Program-made: the position numbers and the translations under genes | Source of the DNA: Dyadobacter pollutisoli | GTDB taxonomy: Bacteria > Bacteroidota > Bacteroidia > Cytophagales > Spirosomataceae | Direction: 5' to 3' | NCBI RefSeq assembly: GCF_026625565.1 | Contig: NZ_CP112998.1 | Coordinates: forward strand, 6,603,194 to 6,667,193 | Length of the DNA stretch: 64,000 nt | Part shown: positions 9,701-18,798 of the stretch, in pieces | How the letters are laid out: each line of letters begins with the position of its first letter | How positions within the stretch are numbered: position 1 is the stretch's first letter | Notes under the pieces: model-generated | Databases searched by the model: none | The model's input: only the letters and a program-made list of their open reading frames with translations | What the model was told of the DNA's origin: nothing

Positions 9701-11082
9701 GTATAACTTTTATTAGCAACTGTTGGAGCAGCGGGTGGCGTACAAGCACTTACGGTCACAACGATTTCCGCACGAGGACTTTCGCAGCTACTCACAGTCT
9801 GGCTTACAAAGTAACTTTTCGTGCCTGCGGATGCCGTAGAAGGGGTTGGAGCCGTACCTGAGCCTACGCCACCACTTGCAGCATCGTACCATTTTAAATT
9901 GGTTCCTGTCGCAGTTAATGGAACGGCTGCGTCGCCCACTATATAACTTTTATTGGCCACTGTTGGAGCAGCGGGTGGGGTACATGCAGTGACGGTCACA
10001 ACGATTTCCGCACGAGGACTTTCGCAGCTACTCACTGTCTGGCTTACAAAGTAACTTTTTGTACCTGCGGATGCCGTAGAAGGTGTTGGAGCCGTACCTG
10101 AGCCTACGCCACCACTTGCAGCATCGTACCATTTTAAATTGGTTCCTGTCGCAGTTAATGGAACGGCAGCGTCTCCAACGGTATAATTTTTATTTGCTAC
10201 TGTTGGTGCAGCGGGTGGTGTACATGCAGTGACGGTAACAACGATCTCAGCTCTCGCGCTTTCGCAGTTACTCACAGTCTGGCTTACAAAGTAACTTTTT
10301 GTGCCTGCGGATGCCGTAGAAGGGGATGGAGCCGTCGCTGAACCCGTTCCTCCGGTTGCAGCATCGTACCACAGTAGTCCTGTATTGGGAGTTGCTGTTA
10401 ATGGAACGGCAGCGTCTCCAACGGTATAATTTTTATTCGCTACTGTTGGTGCAGCGGGTGGTGTACAAGCCGTTACATTCACATCAATTTTAGCGCGTGG
10501 GCCCTCGCAACCAGTGACGGTCTGGCTTACATAATAACTGGTAGTACCAACAGCGGTTGTCGTGGGAATCGGGGCTGTTGCATTCCCGGTACCGCCTGTT
10601 GCACCGTCATACCATAGTAGGCCAGTTCCTGTTGCTGACAACGCGACGGCGGTAGCGCCCTGAACATATGGAACAGGTGAAGCCACTACCGGAGCGGCAG
10701 GCAGCGCATTTACTTGAAGCGCTGCGCTTTCTGTGCCGGTTGCAATAGTTACAGTGGCCAGAACAGAAATGACGCGAATTTTATAAGCTGTACCCGCTGC
10801 CGTTCCTGCTGGAATAGTGGCAGTAATGGGCGTAGTTAAGGCAGAACCAATTTCTACGGGTGCTCCAAAAGCACCTGCGGCGTCGGATAATTGAGCGACA
10901 AAATTGGTTAATGGCGCGGTAACTCCTGTGGTTGTGTACGGTACTGACACATTACCTCCCTGGCAAACTGTGGTTGGGTTTAGTACCCCTGTTGTAATTG
11001 TTGCTTGTCCGAATGAAGATGCCAGGCTGAAAACCGTGGCTAGAATGGCAAATAGACTCTCTTTAATAAATGTTTTTTTCAT
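6724..11082 (-). CDS. Giant T9SS-sorted cell-surface protein with more than 12 Cys-bracketed Ig-like repeats (1452 aa)
   Basis: Signal peptide; repeated about 81-aa units (C.PPAAP.V....Y..GD.A..LTATG..LKWY....GG.....AP.P.T...GTKSY.VSQT...CES.RA.I.V.V); C-terminal type-A T9SS sorting domain (...VKVYPTLIDSK...LYLIRIQNG...VMKP). Confidence 0.9.
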   Translation of the reverse strand: MKKTFIKESLFAILATVFSLASSFGQATITTGVLNPTTVCQGGNVSVPYTTTGVTAPLTNFVAQLSDAAGAFGAPVEIGSALTTPITATIPAGTAAGTAYKIRVISVLATVTIATGTESAALQVNALPAAPVVASPVPYVQGATAVALSATGTGLLWYDGATGGTGNATAPIPTTTAVGTTSYYVSQTVTGCEGPRAKIDVNVTACTPPAAPTVANKNYTVGDAAVPLTATPNTGLLWYDAATGGTGSATAPSPSTASAGTKSYFVSQTVSNCESARAEIVVTVTACTPPAAPTVANKNYTVGDAAVPLTATGTNLKWYDAASGGVGSGTAPTPSTASAGTKSYFVSQTVSSCESPRAEIVVTVTACTPPAAPTVANKSYIVGDAAVPLTATGTNLKWYDAASGGVGSGTAPTPSTASAGTKSYFVSQTVSSCESPRAEIVVTVSACTPPAAPTVANKSYTVGDAAVPLTATGTNLKWYDAATGGTGSGTAPTPSTASAGTKSYYVSQTVGSCESPRAKIDVIVSNCVPPAAPGVSDISYCINGTTATLTATGTGLKWYAASSGGAALGAAPKPSSAVEGTTSYFVSQTVGGCESTRAEIKVTINKTNPPAVEDITYCLNVTASTLTATGTDLKWYAAATGGTGSASAPTPTTNAVGTKSYYVTQTLNGCESARAEIKVTVKNLSALPAVTAIVNICQNSTATALTATGTDLKWYTAATGGTALGSAPVPATATAGTTSYYVSQTAAGLCEGPRAKIDVVVKDTPAAPAVTPVNYCVSAKAVALTPAGGVYKWYTTPTGGTGSATGPVPTTTTPGTTSYYLTQSNTYGSLSCESPRAKLDVIVNATPAPLPTVSDIFCQERADKTYTFPTQAAEGNTINWYTAATGGTASTATPSVNLKTAGETIFYATQISGKGCESTTRIVQKVKVKPLPALPGIEKPLIEYCQFVPAVPLTATPVTNGILNWYKTNDQGEAPSAAAPTPSTAEGGTTSFYVGQTLEGCVSDRAKIDVKINTTPKPTTKTSLAYCQNEVAPVLDATGTVLKWYREANGTEWQGVPFTPFTEKVQDYSFYVTQTGANGCESPKEEIKIHIKSLPSATISGSSTIDLGQTATVTIKFTGDGPWIYALSNGITDTTDQANHQVQVKPSTTTSYLVTEVSNACGKGLPIGSALVTVKIPTISSGNPSVAEACAGKTFNVPFQQSGDFPAGNTFKLQIATVNEDAKFKTIPSVATSNSVTATLPDTTKGGSYFLRVISSGANPDFTVKGSVSAITITASPLPVATLTGTQTILIGESADLKVEITGKSPWTFSLNNGVKDTLITAAATPFTFKVAPRVTTTYNITKSTNGCGTGTGAGSARVQVDPILGVEPPAPADWVKVYPTLIDSKITVEITGVVSPKEASVEVIDLNGRSRATKAIRQKTTDVDFGGYPSGLYLIRIQNGNLNTVQRVMKP
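9480..10450. repeat. Four tandem 243-bp near-identical repeats inside the adhesin gene
   Basis: Units beginning TGTTGGAGCAGCGGGTGG at about 9720, 9963 and 10206 are about 95% identical at the DNA level. They encode the ACTPPAAPTVANK...AEIVVTVT repeats. Confidence 0.85.
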
Positions 11083-11161
11083 GTATCTGTCTTAATATCT
11101 TTCCGCTAACCTGTTTGACTGGTAAAGTTAGAGATATTTTTGAAATACACTTTCCTATGTA

Positions 11162-14100
11162 TTACGGAAGCTCGCTTTTCCTTTCGAGCAATGAGCTGTA
11201 TACCACATCCTGTATTTTTCGACGTGTTCTCTGGGTAGTGATACTGGTGTTTTCAGCGTCCGGATTCACGCGGTTTGAGAGAAAAATAAAGAGAAGATCT
11301 TCTTCCGGGTCCATCCAAACCATAGTTCCGGTGAAGCCAGTGTGCCCGAATGAGTTCAATGAGGCCTGCGGTGACACATATGAGCTATTGCCGTCAGAGG
11401 GTGCTTTATCCCAGCCCAGTCCGCGGTGATGTGACTCGTCGTATCCACGTGCGAACACAGGAACGGTGGTTTGTTCGTAGTATCTTTTACCAGCGTAATT
11501 ACCTTTCCATAAGTTCATCTGGAATAAAATAGCCAGATCCCGTGCCGTTCCGAACAGCCCTGCGTGGCCTGCGACACCACCGACAATGGCCGCCATTTGA
11601 TCATGAACGGTACCTTGCAGAAGCTGTCCTCTAAAACGATAGTCGTTTTCAGTAGGTGCAATTTGTTTTTCGGGGAAACGGCGCAGTGGATTAAAACCGA
11701 GATAGGAAAGACCCAACGGTTCGTAAATATTAGAGGCAACAAAAATGTCCAAAGGCTGACCGGTTACCTTTTCAACGATCTTTTGTAATGTCAAAAATCC
11801 AAGGTCGCTATACAAATATCCATAGTTCCCCGACCTGTCTTTTCTGTTGTTCATAGGTGACTCCACCACCCATTTCCAGACAGAATCTCTCAATGCACCT
11901 TTCGCGAAGAGCTTTGGAGCAACCTGCAAATAGTAGGCCGTGTCTGATTTGGAACTGTAATATTCGGGTAGCAAGCCACCGGCGCTGGTTTTGGTCCTGT
12001 CCCAAAGCGGAGGGTAAAACGAGATCAATCCCGAACGATGCAGCAACAGGTCGCGTATGGTGAAATTCTGTTTGCTGGTTCCTGCCAATTCGGGCAGATA
12101 CGTAGAGGCTTTATCGTCCAGGGTAATCTGTTTGCGGTCGTACAAGAGCATGACCGCCTGTAATGTTGCTGAAACTTTGGTCAGCGAAGCCAGGTCGTAA
12201 ATGGTTTCGGAAGTTACCCGCTCCGGCGTCCGGTAATTCAGTGCGCCGAATTGTTTTTCGTAAATGATCTTGCCTTTTCTGGCTACTAATATTTCGCAGC
12301 CCGGGAACACATGGTCACTCACCGCAGCCGTGGCGATTTCATCTATTTTTTTCAATGAGCCTGCATCCATTCCCACGCTCTCAGGTGTGCCAAAAGCGAT
12401 CCTGTTGATAGGCGTAGTGCTTACGCCGCTACCCGATCTGTACGAAAGAACTGAAACCGGAAGCCTTCCTTCGCCACTCATAGCACCAAAAATAATCTGC
12501 GGTACAATCTCCTGCTGATCTTTCCCGTCCTGGCTGGCACAGATCAGTACATCGGTTTCAGGGAAAAACCGAATGCTGTATGGTGTGCCGAAGAGGCAAA
12601 GGATCACTTTTTTATTCTTTTGTTTCAATTGGTTGACAAAATCCGTCATACCGCTCGTCACGCCGTAATTTCTTGTTGGCTTGGACGCAATACCATGGAT
12701 GTCAACGATGATAGTATTGTAAGGCTGCAGATAAGTCAGCATTTCGGAAATCTCTTCCTGTGATGTTGGCCCGTCGTAAAATGTATACGACCGCATCGGC
12801 TTGTAGGTCGAAAGCATTTTCTGAAAAGCGGCACTGCTTCCTTCACCCAGGCTCACCGAAGCCATATTATTATCAATGACCGACCCGATCGGAATCAGAT
12901 TATTATCATTTTTCACAACGGTCACCGCAGCCTCGCAAAGCTCACGGTATAATTCCTTACTTTTTTCCGTATTAAGGTCATCGTACAAATTGGTGATATC
13001 AATAGGCTGGTACTTGCTCAATCCGGCCCAGTATTTCGCCTGAAGAATCCTTTTTACTTTATCGTCAATAATCTTTTCACTGATGATTTTTTGATTGATC
13101 GCATCTTTGATTTTAGCAACCGTTTCGGCAATACTTTCGGGATATAGCAATATGTCATTACCTGCGATTAATGCTTTCAAATTCACTTCGGCGGCCTTAC
13201 CTGTTTTCAAAACACCTTTCATGTTCATGGCATCGGTAAATACGAGCCCGCGGAAGCCAAGATCTTTACGTAAGAGGCCGGTGATTACTTTTTCGGAAAG
13301 TGAGCTGGCCTGGTTCGGTGTATTGTCGAGCGCAGGAATAAATAAATGTCCGCTCAAAACGCCCATCAGGCTGTCAGCGATCATTTCACGGTAGGGGTAA
13401 AGGTCAGTTTCATTCAACTGCGCGGCTGAATGGCCCAGCACAGGTAATGTAAAATGCGAGTCGGCGTCCGTATCGCCGTGGCCGGGGAAATGTTTTGCTG
13501 TGGCGATCACTTTATGATGTTGCAGGCCTTTCATGTAGGCTACGGCTTTCCGCGTTACATTTTCTTTATCCTCACCAAATGATCGTATACCAATCACCGG
13601 ATTGCCTGCATTGCTGTTGATATCCGAAACCGGCGCGAAATTGATCTGGATTCCCAGCCGGTTGCATTGCCTCGCAATGTCGCTGCCCATGCGGTAAACG
13701 AGTTCATCATTCTGGATGGAACCGAGTACCATTTGTTTGGGATATGACATCGTACTGTCCAGTCGCATGCCAAGGCCCCATTCACCATCAATCCCTACAA
13801 AAAGCGGGATATTGGAATGTGACTGGTACCGATTGGTAAGTAATGCCTGGCCTACCGGCCCGCCTTGAAAAAATATCAGACCTCCGATATGAAAGTCATC
13901 GATCAGCCTGTCAATGTATTTGTAATGTGCTTCGTCGCGGTTGGAGAAAGTAGCGACCATGAAAAGCTGGCCTATCTTCTGTTCGATCGAAAGGGATTTC
14001 AATGTGCTGTCGACCCACTCATTTTCAGGAAGCACAAGTACAGGGGCCAGGCGCTTTTTCGGAGTGTGTACCTTCTTTTTGGAGGCAACGGCAGTTTCAG

Positions 14101-14221
14101 TTTTTGCAGGTTTGATTTTAACGGTAATGAGCTTCCACGCAACGGAAACCATTGAGCTTAGAATGACCAGCACGACTACACTTACAACAACACGAAACCG
14201 GCTAAACAACCAATTTTTCAT
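11162..14221 (-). CDS. Glycoside hydrolase family 3 (NagZ-like) fused to a beta-lactamase-fold serine hydrolase domain (1019 aa)
   Basis: GH3 N-terminal block (GIDGEWGLGMRL, KHFPGHGDTDADSH) and C-terminal S-x-x-K block (ASLTKVSATLQAVML); signal/TM at the N-terminus. Confidence 0.85.
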   Translation of the reverse strand: MKNWLFSRFRVVVSVVVLVILSSMVSVAWKLITVKIKPAKTETAVASKKKVHTPKKRLAPVLVLPENEWVDSTLKSLSIEQKIGQLFMVATFSNRDEAHYKYIDRLIDDFHIGGLIFFQGGPVGQALLTNRYQSHSNIPLFVGIDGEWGLGMRLDSTMSYPKQMVLGSIQNDELVYRMGSDIARQCNRLGIQINFAPVSDINSNAGNPVIGIRSFGEDKENVTRKAVAYMKGLQHHKVIATAKHFPGHGDTDADSHFTLPVLGHSAAQLNETDLYPYREMIADSLMGVLSGHLFIPALDNTPNQASSLSEKVITGLLRKDLGFRGLVFTDAMNMKGVLKTGKAAEVNLKALIAGNDILLYPESIAETVAKIKDAINQKIISEKIIDDKVKRILQAKYWAGLSKYQPIDITNLYDDLNTEKSKELYRELCEAAVTVVKNDNNLIPIGSVIDNNMASVSLGEGSSAAFQKMLSTYKPMRSYTFYDGPTSQEEISEMLTYLQPYNTIIVDIHGIASKPTRNYGVTSGMTDFVNQLKQKNKKVILCLFGTPYSIRFFPETDVLICASQDGKDQQEIVPQIIFGAMSGEGRLPVSVLSYRSGSGVSTTPINRIAFGTPESVGMDAGSLKKIDEIATAAVSDHVFPGCEILVARKGKIIYEKQFGALNYRTPERVTSETIYDLASLTKVSATLQAVMLLYDRKQITLDDKASTYLPELAGTSKQNFTIRDLLLHRSGLISFYPPLWDRTKTSAGGLLPEYYSSKSDTAYYLQVAPKLFAKGALRDSVWKWVVESPMNNRKDRSGNYGYLYSDLGFLTLQKIVEKVTGQPLDIFVASNIYEPLGLSYLGFNPLRRFPEKQIAPTENDYRFRGQLLQGTVHDQMAAIVGGVAGHAGLFGTARDLAILFQMNLWKGNYAGKRYYEQTTVPVFARGYDESHHRGLGWDKAPSDGNSSYVSPQASLNSFGHTGFTGTMVWMDPEEDLLFIFLSNRVNPDAENTSITTQRTRRKIQDVVYSSLLERKSELP

Positions 14222-14408
14222 ACCTGGATCACTGATTTTAACGAGGGAATGTTAGGTTTTAAGACTTCGACAATGCTAATACAGTTTTATGAAAACTTAC
14301 AATGATAACAAATTACGACGGCTTTAAATCTAAAAAATTACAGTTTTAAGGCAATTCTAATAATTGCTTCAACGATTGTGGTTTTAACAATTAAAGTAGC
14401 TCTTAGAC

Positions 14409-15116
14409 CTAGTTTGTCAGGCCCCTGAAAATTTCTTCCAGCGAGTCGCCTGTTTTTCTAAGTGCCTCCAATGTGCTATCGCTCACCACTTTACCTTTAT
14501 TGATAATGATGACACGGTCGCATAGCGCTTCCACCTCTTGCATAATGTGAGTCGAAAAGAGCACCGTCTTGTCCTTGCCTGCAGTCCTGATTACTTCCCT
14601 GATTTCCTGAATTTGGTTGGGATCGAGTCCCGTGGTAGGTTCGTCGAGGATCAGTACATCGGGATTGTGCAAGAACGATTGTGCGAGACCTACCCGCTGC
14701 CGGTAACCTTTTGAAAGCTCACCGATTTTTTTTCTCTTTTCAGCTTCAAGACCACACATTGCGATCACCTCGTCGACTCTCGCACTGAGGGGCGATCCGC
14801 TCATTCCGTACAGTTTTCCTGAAAAAAGCAGGAATTCCGTCACGTACATATCAAGGTACAATGGATTGTGCTCCGGCAAGTAGCCGATGGAGCGTCTGGC
14901 CGGCATGGGCTGATTTACCACATCAAAATCCGACACTTTTGCGACGCCTTCGCTAGGTTTAAGGTAGCCCGTCAGGATTTTCATAGTTGTCGATTTTCCT
15001 GCGCCATTAGGGCCAAGAAAACCGACAATTTCTCCTTTTTTCAATGCAAAAGAAATTCCATCTATCGCCCGCTGCGCGCCGTATACTTTGGTGAGATTGG
15101 TAACTTCGATGGACAT
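14409..15116 (-). CDS. ABC transporter ATP-binding protein
   Basis: Walker A GPNGAGKST, signature LSKGYRQRV, Walker B LILDEPT. Start taken at MSIEVTNLTKVY; the longer ORF to 15209 is encoded by the octamer repeat and is unlikely. Confidence 0.85.
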   Translation of the reverse strand: MSIEVTNLTKVYGAQRAIDGISFALKKGEIVGFLGPNGAGKSTTMKILTGYLKPSEGVAKVSDFDVVNQPMPARRSIGYLPEHNPLYLDMYVTEFLLFSGKLYGMSGSPLSARVDEVIAMCGLEAEKRKKIGELSKGYRQRVGLAQSFLHNPDVLILDEPTTGLDPNQIQEIREVIRTAGKDKTVLFSTHIMQEVEALCDRVIIINKGKVVSDSTLEALRKTGDSLEEIFRGLTN

Positions 15117-15137
15117 ATTTTTAATGACTGAATTTTT

Positions 15138-15176
15138 AATGAGTGAATGAGTGAATGAGTGAATGAGTGACTGAAT
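15138..15176. repeat. (AATGAGTG)4 tandem octanucleotide repeat in the ABC gene promoter/leader
   Basis: aatgagtg aatgagtg aatgagtg aatgagtg actgaatg, 22-60 bp upstream of the ABC start codon. Confidence 0.8.
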
Positions 15177-15234
15177 GTGTTCTGTGACTATCGGCAATAG
15201 ACAACACATGACCCAGTGACTTATTGACTATTTT

Positions 15235-16350
15235 TTACACTTTCAAAAACAATTTATTTCTAAATAACAGGTACATAAATGCCCATTGAACCATAATGAA
15301 GGCGATTACTTCTCCCATGGCTTCAACCGGGTGCGGGAGATAACTTAGTATCCCACCAAATAGGGCATCGGCTGTGTAAGCGAAGTCGATGAAACGGCCC
15401 ACCATGTAAATCACAATGGAGTTCATCCCAATCACCACAAAGAACAATGTCCATTTGCGATAATTCAGCACGTCCACGACCCAGTAGAACAATGCCAGCA
15501 GCAATGTGCTGAAACCGCCTGCGCAAAGCACAAACGAGCTGGTCCATAAATTCTTGTTGATCGGGAAAAAGTAATCCCACACCAGGCATACCAAAAGGCT
15601 GACGATACCTGCAAAAAGCAAATAGACTACTTTGTTATTTTTAGAAACCACCTCGTCGCTGGTTCTCAAAAGTTCTCCCGCAAAAATGCCCATTAAACCC
15701 GTAGCTATGGCCGGAATGGTCGAAACCAAACCCTCAGGATCGTGAATGGTTAGATGAAGGCGGCCGGGAATGATCATTTTGTCAATATAGCTCGCGGGGT
15801 TACAGTCAATGGTCAGTAAACCCGCACCACAGCCTGGTACCGGATAAAACATCATAAAGAGGTAATAGCCGATCAGCAAACCTGCAAACCAGATCCAGCG
15901 CGCTTTTTTTCCTGTGTATAAATAAATGATCTGTGCGAACATACCGGCCAAACCAATGCGAGCGAGCACACTTGGGTAGCGCATATTATGCCACTCCGTT
16001 TGAAACAGACCATTATTGTAAATGATACCCAGCAGTACCAGGATAAGGCCCCGCTGAATCACTTTTTTGATCAGTTCAGAAGCTGGTACTCCCTTCTCTA
16101 GGCGGCTTCCCAATGAAAATGGTGTGGAAACTCCGGCCATAAAGAGAAAGGTCGGGAAAATAAGATCGTATGCCCGGAAACCGTTCCAGTCGGGGTGAGT
16201 GAACTGGTGCGCCATAAAAATAGCCCACGACCAACCTGTGACTTTTGCCAGTACCGCGAAAATTTCTTCGCCTCCTGAAATCCAAAACATGTCAAAACCA
16301 CGAAGCGTATCCAGCGACAATAACCTTTGCGAAGGAGGACTATCTTTCAT
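15235..16350 (-). CDS. Multi-pass membrane protein, DUF5009 / heparan-alpha-glucosaminide N-acetyltransferase-like acyltransferase family
   Basis: N-terminal LSLDTLRGFDMFWI (NagX/HGSNAT-like) and about 10 predicted TM helices; 371 aa. Confidence 0.65.
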   Translation of the reverse strand: MKDSPPSQRLLSLDTLRGFDMFWISGGEEIFAVLAKVTGWSWAIFMAHQFTHPDWNGFRAYDLIFPTFLFMAGVSTPFSLGSRLEKGVPASELIKKVIQRGLILVLLGIIYNNGLFQTEWHNMRYPSVLARIGLAGMFAQIIYLYTGKKARWIWFAGLLIGYYLFMMFYPVPGCGAGLLTIDCNPASYIDKMIIPGRLHLTIHDPEGLVSTIPAIATGLMGIFAGELLRTSDEVVSKNNKVVYLLFAGIVSLLVCLVWDYFFPINKNLWTSSFVLCAGGFSTLLLALFYWVVDVLNYRKWTLFFVVIGMNSIVIYMVGRFIDFAYTADALFGGILSYLPHPVEAMGEVIAFIMVQWAFMYLLFRNKLFLKV

Positions 16351-16579
16351 CTGATAAATAAGGGTGAAGGGAAATATAATTTGGAAAAAAGGCCATACAT
16401 TAAAATAAAAACCTATTGTGTTTACTGTAAAGATTGCAAAAAATACTATTTATACTTTCCGGCAAAAGTACATTTATTTGAATAAACATATTACTAGTCA
16501 GGATAATGAAAGAATATATATTTCAGAACCATTGGTTTGCGTTATAAGCATCAACTTTTAACCCATAAAATTTCACCCC

Positions 16580-16990
16580 ATGAAAAAATCGTTGATGTTG
16601 TGTTTCGTAGTCGTTGGCTTATGGTTTTCAGGATGTGCGACTTCCAACACGGCCAATTCTCGCGATGACAATGAAACCTACCGGACAGAAGAGCAGCTAG
16701 CCAACAGTAAGCTCAACAATCGTCGCCTGGAAAAGAACATGGACCGCTTCGCAAAGGAACTGGACCTGAGCAAGCGCCAGCAAAAGCAGTTGAAAAAAAT
16801 AGATAAGAGATACGCGAGGCTGGAAAGGAAATTGTCACGTCGAGACGATACCAGGCGCAGTGACAAAAAAAGACTAGCCGAAGAAAAACGACTTGAAATT
16901 ATAGACATCCTTACCCCAGAGCAGGAACAAACATTGCAGGCATTGGCCAAAAAAGGCAGATTTAGCCTGGATCAGATCTTCGGGAAGTAG
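16580..16990 (+). CDS. Periplasmic lipoprotein with LTXXQ motif (Spy/CpxP-like)
   Basis: Lipobox LWFSGC; highly charged coiled region; LTPEQEQTLQAL matches the LTXXQ motif. Confidence 0.55.
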   Translation: MKKSLMLCFVVVGLWFSGCATSNTANSRDDNETYRTEEQLANSKLNNRRLEKNMDRFAKELDLSKRQQKQLKKIDKRYARLERKLSRRDDTRRSDKKRLAEEKRLEIIDILTPEQEQTLQALAKKGRFSLDQIFGK

Positions 16991-17092
16991 GGGCCAAAAC
17001 GCGAAAAACGTAATTATTTTGGATTACAATCCTTGATTATTATGGTTATTTTGGATTTGAATCCGAAAATATCATACTTTTTGTAATCTTCC

Positions 17093-18760
17093 TTATTTCA
17101 ACCCTTCCAGCCAAGCCTCGACAGTAGGGCCCGTCATGTCGAACAGGATTCCTGGAAGGATACCCAGCAGCACGGCCAGGAAAGCCAGCGGAATGAGCAT
17201 AGCGGCTTCGCGGCGGGTGAGGTCGGTAAGGACGTGACTGTCGCCGTTTTTATACCAGAATGTTCCGAAAAACATGCGTTGGTAGGTCCAGAGGAAGTAG
17301 GCGGCTGCCAGAACAATACCCAATGTCGATAATGCTGGAATCCAGACGGGTAATGACTGGGACTGGAATGCGCCCATTAACGTGAAAAGTTCTCCAACAA
17401 AACCTGAGAAACCGGGTAAGCCTAATGAGGCAAAAAATGCAATTCCAGTAAGGATTGTGTACTTCGGCATGGCGCCGATGAGACCGCGGTAATGATCGAT
17501 GCGGCGATCGTGGGTACGATCGTAGATGACGCCGGTGAGTAAAAATAACATAGCCGAAAGTATGCCGTGGCTTACCATTTGGTAAATAGCGCCGTTGATT
17601 CCCTCAGCTGTGAATGCGGCGATACCCAACAGGACAAATCCCATGTGGGAGACGGAGGAGTAGGCGATCATTTTCTTTAAATCACTTTGACCCAACGCAT
17701 TGAAACCTCCATAAATAATGGAGATCATTCCCAGAACAGCCAGCGGTACCGCGCTGTATTGCGCCTCGATCGGGAAAAATCCGTCGACGATCCTGATAAA
17801 TCCGTAGCCTCCGATTTTTAGAAGTATCCCTGCCAAAACCACGGAAATCGGTGTGGGAGCTTCCACGTGCGCATCAGGTAGCCAGGTATGAAGCGGAGCC
17901 ACTGGGAGTTTGACGGCAAAACCGATGAACAGGAACCAGAAAGCGAGCAAACGCAAATGGGTATTGGCTACAAAATATTCGGAAGTAACATTCAAAAGAG
18001 ATCCGGGGATGTAGTTGCCGGGATCTGCCAGGTATGCGAAACGGAAAGTATGGACGATTTGCTCGGGGGCAATTTTTCCATCGATCAGCCACTGTTGAAT
18101 TTGAGGAATGAGATCAGGATGAACGGCGTCCTCCATTCCAAGAACACCCACGACCCGGGCTGTTTCCAGAGGATCAATAACCGACAGATAAAGGCCGATC
18201 ATGACGATGAGGATCAGAAGTGAGCCTAAAAACGTGTAAATGAAGAATTTCAATGCTGCATACTCCCGCCTCGGGCCACCCCACAAGCCGATGAGAAAAT
18301 ACATAGGCAGCAACATGAATTCGAAGAAAAGATAGAAAAGGAAGAAATCCTGCGCGAGAAAACAGCCGATAACACTTCCCGTCAGCAACAGGTATAATGC
18401 AAAATAGGCACGGGCCTTCTGCGTAATGTTCCAGGAGCTGATCACACCAGCAAAAAGCACGATAACGGCCAAAAGGACTAGCGGAAAACTAATACCGTCG
18501 ACAGCCACGGCATAATCAATGGAGACAATGCCGAGCGAGCCAATAGGCAGCGTAATCCAGTCGACTACCTCGCTTAGCTGATGTCCGGGAATTTGATTTT
18601 CGAATGAGAAATATAGTACTACGCAGATCAACAATTCCAGAACAAGGGCAATGAGTGCAATGATCCTGAAATTTTCAGGCCGATGCGCGGGCCAGACCGC
18701 TACTGCTGCGGCACCAAGCAGAGGAATTGCAATGAGTAAGGTAAGTATATGATCAATCAT
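17093..18760 (-). CDS. nuoM: NADH-quinone oxidoreductase subunit M family (NuoM/MrpD-like antiporter subunit)
   Basis: 555 aa, about 14 TM helices, complex-I subunit 4 family pattern (…WLPDAHVEAPTPISVVLAG…). Confidence 0.8.
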   Translation of the reverse strand: MIDHILTLLIAIPLLGAAAVAVWPAHRPENFRIIALIALVLELLICVVLYFSFENQIPGHQLSEVVDWITLPIGSLGIVSIDYAVAVDGISFPLVLLAVIVLFAGVISSWNITQKARAYFALYLLLTGSVIGCFLAQDFFLFYLFFEFMLLPMYFLIGLWGGPRREYAALKFFIYTFLGSLLILIVMIGLYLSVIDPLETARVVGVLGMEDAVHPDLIPQIQQWLIDGKIAPEQIVHTFRFAYLADPGNYIPGSLLNVTSEYFVANTHLRLLAFWFLFIGFAVKLPVAPLHTWLPDAHVEAPTPISVVLAGILLKIGGYGFIRIVDGFFPIEAQYSAVPLAVLGMISIIYGGFNALGQSDLKKMIAYSSVSHMGFVLLGIAAFTAEGINGAIYQMVSHGILSAMLFLLTGVIYDRTHDRRIDHYRGLIGAMPKYTILTGIAFFASLGLPGFSGFVGELFTLMGAFQSQSLPVWIPALSTLGIVLAAAYFLWTYQRMFFGTFWYKNGDSHVLTDLTRREAAMLIPLAFLAVLLGILPGILFDMTGPTVEAWLEGLK

Positions 18761-18798
18761 CCAAAATTAATTTAAAAGGCGGTCGGGGAAATGGATTT

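Noticed and set aside
11162-14221. GH3 / beta-lactamase-fold fusion considered as a novelty
   Set aside because: This two-domain architecture is common in Bacteroidota genomes (GH3 protein/serine hydrolase annotations), so it is treated as an ordinary peptidoglycan or glycan recycling enzyme.
14409-15209. Extended 266-aa form of the ABC ATPase ORF
   Set aside because: The N-terminal 31 codons are encoded by the TGAATGAG microsatellite (HSLIHSFTHSLI...). The conserved ABC N-terminus starts at MSIEVTNLTKVY, at 15116.
17888-18223. 111-aa plus-strand ORF inside nuoM, and similar ORFs inside nuoL (19478..20188)
   Set aside because: Antisense to polytopic membrane protein genes; hydrophilic and His/Arg-rich with no homology.
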